Part shown: positions 59,178 to 64,000 of the stretch, one piece after another
Layout: each line of letters opens with the position of its first letter
Position numbering within the stretch: the stretch's first letter is position 1
Position numbers and translations under genes: made by a program
The notes under the pieces: model-generated
Database searches by the model: none
The model's input: only the letters and a program-made list of their open reading frames with translations
What the model was told of the DNA's origin: nothing
Source: an uncultured delta proteobacterium
GTDB taxonomy: Bacteria; Desulfobacterota; Desulfobacteria; Desulfobacterales; QNYZ01
Reading direction: 5' to 3'
DNA length: 64,000 bases
Assembly (NCBI GenBank): GCA_963845145.1
Contig: CAWJQU010000017.1
Span: 96,001-160,000, forward strand

Positions 59178-62089
59178 ATGCCAACCAAAAAAAGCAACCG
59201 TCGCAGACCGACAAACAGACGTTCCCAGGAGCTGGACGTCATTCTCGTTAAGGGTGCGCGCGAACACAACCTGAAAAATATCGATATTGAACTGCCCAAA
59301 AAAAAGCTGATCGTTTTTACCGGTGTCTCCGGGTCTGGAAAATCAAGCCTGGCCTTCGACACGATTTTTGCCGAAGGACAGCGACGGTATGTGGAGTCCT
59401 TGTCTTCTTATGCCCGGCAATTTATCGGCCAGATGGAAAAGCCCCGCTACGATACGATTCGGGGGTTGTGCCCGGCTATCGCCATCGACCAAAAAGCGGC
59501 CAGTGTCAACCCCCGGTCCACAGTAGGAACCATTACCGAGATTTACGACTACCTAAGGGTATTGTTTGCCAGGATTGGTGAGCAGTACTGTTTTAAATGC
59601 GGGAAAATGGTAGGGCAGGGGAATGCCGAGAGCATGGTTGCCCAGGTTTTGGGGATTCCGCCGGGCACTAAAATCATGCTCCTCGCACCCCTGGTGGAAA
59701 ACCGAAAGGGTGAGCACCGAGCCCTTTTGGAAAAACACCAAAAGGAAGGATTCGCTCGGGTGCGTGTGGATGGCCAGGTGCAGGATATCGATGATGTTCA
59801 AAAACTACCCAAACACAAAAAACACACCATCGAAGTTGTGGTCGACCGTCTGGCGATTAAAAAAGGGGCGGCCTTTCGAAAGCGACTGACCGATTCTGTG
59901 GAGATGGCCCTGAAGTTGGGGCAGGGCGCCTTGATTGTGCATGTACTGGGTCGCGAAGACTTGAAAATGAGCGAGGCGAGATCGTGTTGCGGCATTGCTT
60001 ACCCGGAACTCGCCCCACCGCTATTTTCATTCAATTCCCCCTTGGGCATGTGCCCGTCCTGTAACGGGATCGGCGTCGCGTATGGCCATTGATGAAAAAA
60101 AACTCGTTCCCGACGCGACGTTGACCATCCGTGAGGGAGCCGTGGTTCCATGGCGCAACTACTTTCTCTATCCTGATCGAGAGAACGGGTCCTGGGGGGG
60201 GCGTCAGTTGGCAGCAATGGCATCCCAGTGGGGCGTTGACTTTGACATTCCCTGGAAGAAGTTACCCATAAAGCAGAAGAACCTTATCCTAAAAGGTTCG
60301 GCTGGAAAAGAAATGACGGTGAATTGGCAGTCGGAAAAAATCCAGGGAAAGTTCAAGACCGCCTGGGAAGGGTTGATGAATATTATGATGCGGCGTTATC
60401 ACCAAACCCGTTCCGAAAGCCAGAAGAAGTACTATTCGGGATTTATGTCCTCGCGAACCTGTGCGGTTTGTAAAGGAAAACGCCTCAAGCCCGAGGTGTT
60501 AAATGTTCTGGTGGCGAAACGATCCATTGTCGATATTACCGGAATGAGTATTGCCGAGGCCTATCAATTTCTTACCTCACTGGAACTTCGCGGCAACCGG
60601 AAGCGGATTGCCGAAGAATTAATTAAAGAGATCGGCAATCGTCTCGGTTTTCTCGTCAATGTCGGTCTGAATTACCTCTCTCTGGACCGCAAAGGCCCGA
60701 CACTGTCCGGTGGAGAATCCCAGCGGATTCGGCTGGCCTCTCAGGTGGGGGCTGAGCTGACCGGTGTATTGTACATTCTTGATGAACCGTCCATTGGACT
60801 TCATCAGCGGGACAACCTTCGACTTCTCGAAACCCTTTGTCATCTGCGGGATATCGGCAATACACTGATCGTTATCGAGCATGACCGGGAGACCATGGAG
60901 GCATCTGACTGGATTGTCGATATCGGGCCGGGGGCTGGGCTTTTGGGTGGGCAGATTGTGGCCTGCGGTACACCTGGACAGATCAAGAGAAACCGATCGT
61001 CGTTAACAGGGCGCTTTTTAACGGGAAAGGAAAAAATCGAAACGCCGAATGAGCGTGTCACGCCACGCAAGGCAGGAAATCGATGGGTTACCGTCAAGAA
61101 AGCCTCGGAAAACAACCTCAAAAGCGTTGTGGTGAAAATCCCGCTGGGGTTGATGGTGGCCGTTACCGGCGTATCGGGCGCAGGCAAGTCGACCCTGGTT
61201 AATCAGATTCTGTATCCGGCCTTGGCGCGTCGTCTTCATGGCGTCTCTCTGGCGGAGGGTAAGACATGGCGGAATTACCGGTCTTTCGGCGCTGGATAAA
61301 GTCATCAATATCGACCAGAGACCTATTGGCCGAACACCGCGCAGCAACCCGGCCACCTATACCAAAGTGTTCGACCCCATTCGCGAGCTATTCAGCCTTC
61401 TACCCGAAGCCAGAGCCCGTGGGTATAAGAAGGGGCGGTTTTCATTTAATGTGAAAGGGGGGCGTTGCGAGGCCTGCCGGGGGGACGGGACCATTAAGGT
61501 CGAGATGCACTTTTTAGCCGATGTCTATGTGCCTTGTGAAATATGTCGGGGGAATCGGTTCAATGAAGCCACCCTTCAGATTCACTATAAAGAGCACACC
61601 ATTGCCGACATTCTCAACCTTTCCGTGCGACAGGCCCGGGAGCTGTTTGCCAATCATCCCCGAATTCGTTCGATTCTCGATACGCTTATGGATGTGGGCC
61701 TGGGCTATATCAAGTTAGGGCAGCCGGCCACGACGCTCTCCGGCGGTGAAGCCCAGCGTATCAAGCTGTCCAGGGAGTTGTCCAAAAGAGATACCGGCAA
61801 TACATTGTATATCCTCGATGAACCTACCACGGGGCTCCATTTTCAGGATATCAGGATGTTGCTGACCGTATTGCGCCGGCTGGTGGAAAATGGAAATACG
61901 GTGGTCGTGATTGAACATAACCTGGATGTGATTAAAACCGCCGATTGGATTATCGACTTGGGACCTGAAGGTGGCGACAAAGGGGGACGGGTTGTGGCAC
62001 AAGGCGCGCCTGAAACCATTATTGGGGAAAAAGAGAGTTATACCGGGCGCTATTTAGCCGTTGCTTTGGGGAATGATTCCCGAAAATGA
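59178..62089 (+). pseudogene. uvrA: Excinuclease ABC subunit A with two +1 frameshifts (probably sequence errors)
   Basis: [36 protein letters not shown], second LSGGEAQR. Frames join near 60075 (NGIG/SRMAID) and 61264 (EGK/HGGITG). Confidence 0.92.
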
Positions 62090-63333
62090 GAATTTTTCCC
62101 AAGAAACCTGAATCGCTGATTGCCCCTGTCAAAAGTAAATCGATTGGGGCCCAGATTTTTGCCGCCACCCTGGCCCGGTTTACTTTAAACACCGCCCGGC
62201 GATTTGTCTATCCGTTTGCGCCTGCTTTAAGCCGCGGTTTGGGCGTGCCCATGACGGCCATTACCTCCTTAATCGCCATAAACCAAGTAACGGCCTTAAT
62301 CGGGGTTCTTTTTGGTCCGCTGACCGATCGGTGGGGCTATCGGCGGATGATGGCGGCTGGTATGGGGCTGATGATTCTGGGCATGTGGACCGGCGCGCTT
62401 CTGGCCACTTATCTATCGGTTTTTTTAGCGATGTTAATGGCGGGTTTGGGGAAATCCGTTTTTGATCCGGCCATTCAAGCCTATGTGGGGAATAAGGTCT
62501 CGTATCATCAACGTGCTCGTGCAGTGGGCTTTGTGGAGATGAGCTGGGCGGCCAGTTCCTTGATTGGGATACCCGTCATGGGGCTTATGATGGAATGGAG
62601 TGGCTGGCAAACCGCCTTCTGGGTGCTCGGTGGCATCGGTGCTGTTTGTCTTTTCAGCATGGTTCGGATTATCCCTGCTGATTCTATTCCTGTAACCCGT
62701 TTTAGGGATGACAATGATGCCGGTGCGGGTTTCATGATGGAAACCTTCCAAAGCTGGCGCCTTCTCATTAAAAACCGACCCGCCCTGGGGGCTATTGGGT
62801 TTGGATTTTTTTTTAGTGTGGCCAATGACAACCTGTTTGTCGTATTTGGGGCGTGGATGGAATCCGCTTTTGGTTTGGGACTGTCCAGCCTCGGTTTTGC
62901 AACGGCCGTTATCGGTGCGGCTGAACTACTGGGCGAGGGACTAACCGTCCTGATATCGGACCGAATCGGACTCAAACGGGCGGCCATTGCCGGCGCGGTG
63001 CTGACCACCGCCGCTTATTTGGTGATTATCCTGATGGGACAAACCTTGACCCTGGCGTTAGTCGCTCTGTTTGTCGTTTTTTTAACCTTCGAATTTACTA
63101 TTGTAACCTGCATGTCGCTAATTACAGAACTTCACCCATCCGCCAGGGCAACGATGATGGCCGGGTATTACGCTATGGGCGCATTGGGTCGCGTGGTGGG
63201 CGCATTAACCGGGGGAATACTCTGGACATTTTTTAGCTGGAACACGGTCTGCCTGGTTTCTGCTTCTGTAAATATTCTGGGCGTATTGTCTCTTATCTGG
63301 GGCATTGGCAGGTGGAAAAAGAGTAACAAATGA
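62086..63333 (+). CDS. MFS transporter
   Basis: About 12 [13 protein letters not shown] and SDRIGLKR loops; ATGA overlap with uvrA. Confidence 0.9.
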   Translation: MRIFPKKPESLIAPVKSKSIGAQIFAATLARFTLNTARRFVYPFAPALSRGLGVPMTAITSLIAINQVTALIGVLFGPLTDRWGYRRMMAAGMGLMILGMWTGALLATYLSVFLAMLMAGLGKSVFDPAIQAYVGNKVSYHQRARAVGFVEMSWAASSLIGIPVMGLMMEWSGWQTAFWVLGGIGAVCLFSMVRIIPADSIPVTRFRDDNDAGAGFMMETFQSWRLLIKNRPALGAIGFGFFFSVANDNLFVVFGAWMESAFGLGLSSLGFATAVIGAAELLGEGLTVLISDRIGLKRAAIAGAVLTTAAYLVIILMGQTLTLALVALFVVFLTFEFTIVTCMSLITELHPSARATMMAGYYAMGALGRVVGALTGGILWTFFSWNTVCLVSASVNILGVLSLIWGIGRWKKSNK

Positions 63334-63489
63334 ATCGTGTTGGCTTGAAGATGGACTTTTTACGATTTGATCAGCTGTTCATTTGTCATGTTTGTATGTT
63401 AGCATTTAGTTTGATATGAAAACAATCGTTATTGAAAACATTGAGCGCCAAAACAAGCAATCTAAAATAGTAGCAGTAACGGGGGAACC

Positions 63490-64000
63490 ATGCGCTGTCC
63501 CAAATGCAGCCACGAGCAGGATGCCCAGATTGAGTGTGAAGCCTGCGGCCTGATCTTTGCCAAGTATGATCAAATTCAGAAACGGCAGAACAGACCCCCG
63601 GAGAAAAGATCCCCAGAGAACAGACCCCTGGGGGCTGGAATAAACGATGATTCCGAGAAATCCCGAAGTATGTTCGGGATTTCTCAAGTAATCTTAATTA
63701 TTATCGCTACAGTTGCCATCTCTTACTATTTCTTTGGGCCAAAAGAGGAAGTGTCATTACCAGCGTCATCGGATATTTTTAGCGGGGGCAGTAAAAATAA
63801 TGTGACCGCCATGGGTAAATCCGACACCCGACGAAGTGGGCAAGCCGGCGAAGAATCCATTACGGCGTCATCCGTAGAGCAAACCCCCATCGAACAGGCA
63901 CGAAACGCCACAGTCTCGATCGATACGACCTGGGGTACTGGTGCCGGATTTTTTATCAGCGAGCAGTATATCGTTACAAACAGGCATGTGGTTGAGTTTG
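63490..64000 (+). CDS. Zinc-ribbon, single-TM, trypsin-like serine protease; 3' partial
   Basis: MRCPKC..CEACG, one TM segment, GTGAGFFIS..YIVTNRHVV; frame open to the window end. Confidence 0.82.
   Translation, partial: MRCPKCSHEQDAQIECEACGLIFAKYDQIQKRQNRPPEKRSPENRPLGAGINDDSEKSRSMFGISQVILIIIATVAISYYFFGPKEEVSLPASSDIFSGGSKNNVTAMGKSDTRRSGQAGEESITASSVEQTPIEQARNATVSIDTTWGTGAGFFISEQYIVTNRHVVEF

Overview
Bacterial chromosomal window, most consistent with an anaerobic deltaproteobacterium (Desulfobacterales-like; inferred from gene content). 0-7.3 kb: probable nicotinamide/nicotinate catabolic cluster (aldehyde dehydrogenase, GntR, 6-hydroxynicotinate reductase-like, TRAP transporter, signal-peptide nicotinamidase, UPF0280/ApbE-like). 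9.8-12.5 kb: cobalamin riboswitch-cobT unit. 12.6-27.3 kb: core genes (hflX, dnaB, rplI, rpsR, rpsF, TrxB fusion, DNA methyltransferase, tRNA nucleotidyltransferase, tRNA-Pro, purA, tadA, tRNA-Arg, HU). 27.3-33 kb: amidohydrolase/GntR divergent from rocD, an ArcE-like gene and arcC. 34.4-42.2 kb: archaeal-type aromatic amino acid operon preceded by a YYFYFYW leader-peptide attenuator that the ORF track misses. 43.6-52 kb: accessory block (one canonical integron attC, cassette-like genes, SWIM-SNF2 helicase, two stacked toxin-antitoxin pairs). 52-63.3 kb: lexA-DUF72-four-helix-bundle-imuB-like-dnaE2-uvrA-MFS. The most striking unexplained structure is a ~90-125 bp palindromic repeat built from 7-nt units that sits at every junction from lexA to uvrA and once at 43.6 kb. 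Five copies are empty; the sixth carries a four-helix-bundle gene in its loop. Three copies carry the same 24-bp mini-insert, one is nested in 8-nt-periodic arms, and one is duplicated together with a diverged dnaE2 start. Four single-base frameshifts in otherwise intact genes suggest sequencing or assembly indels. All calls come from reading motifs by eye; no searches were run.
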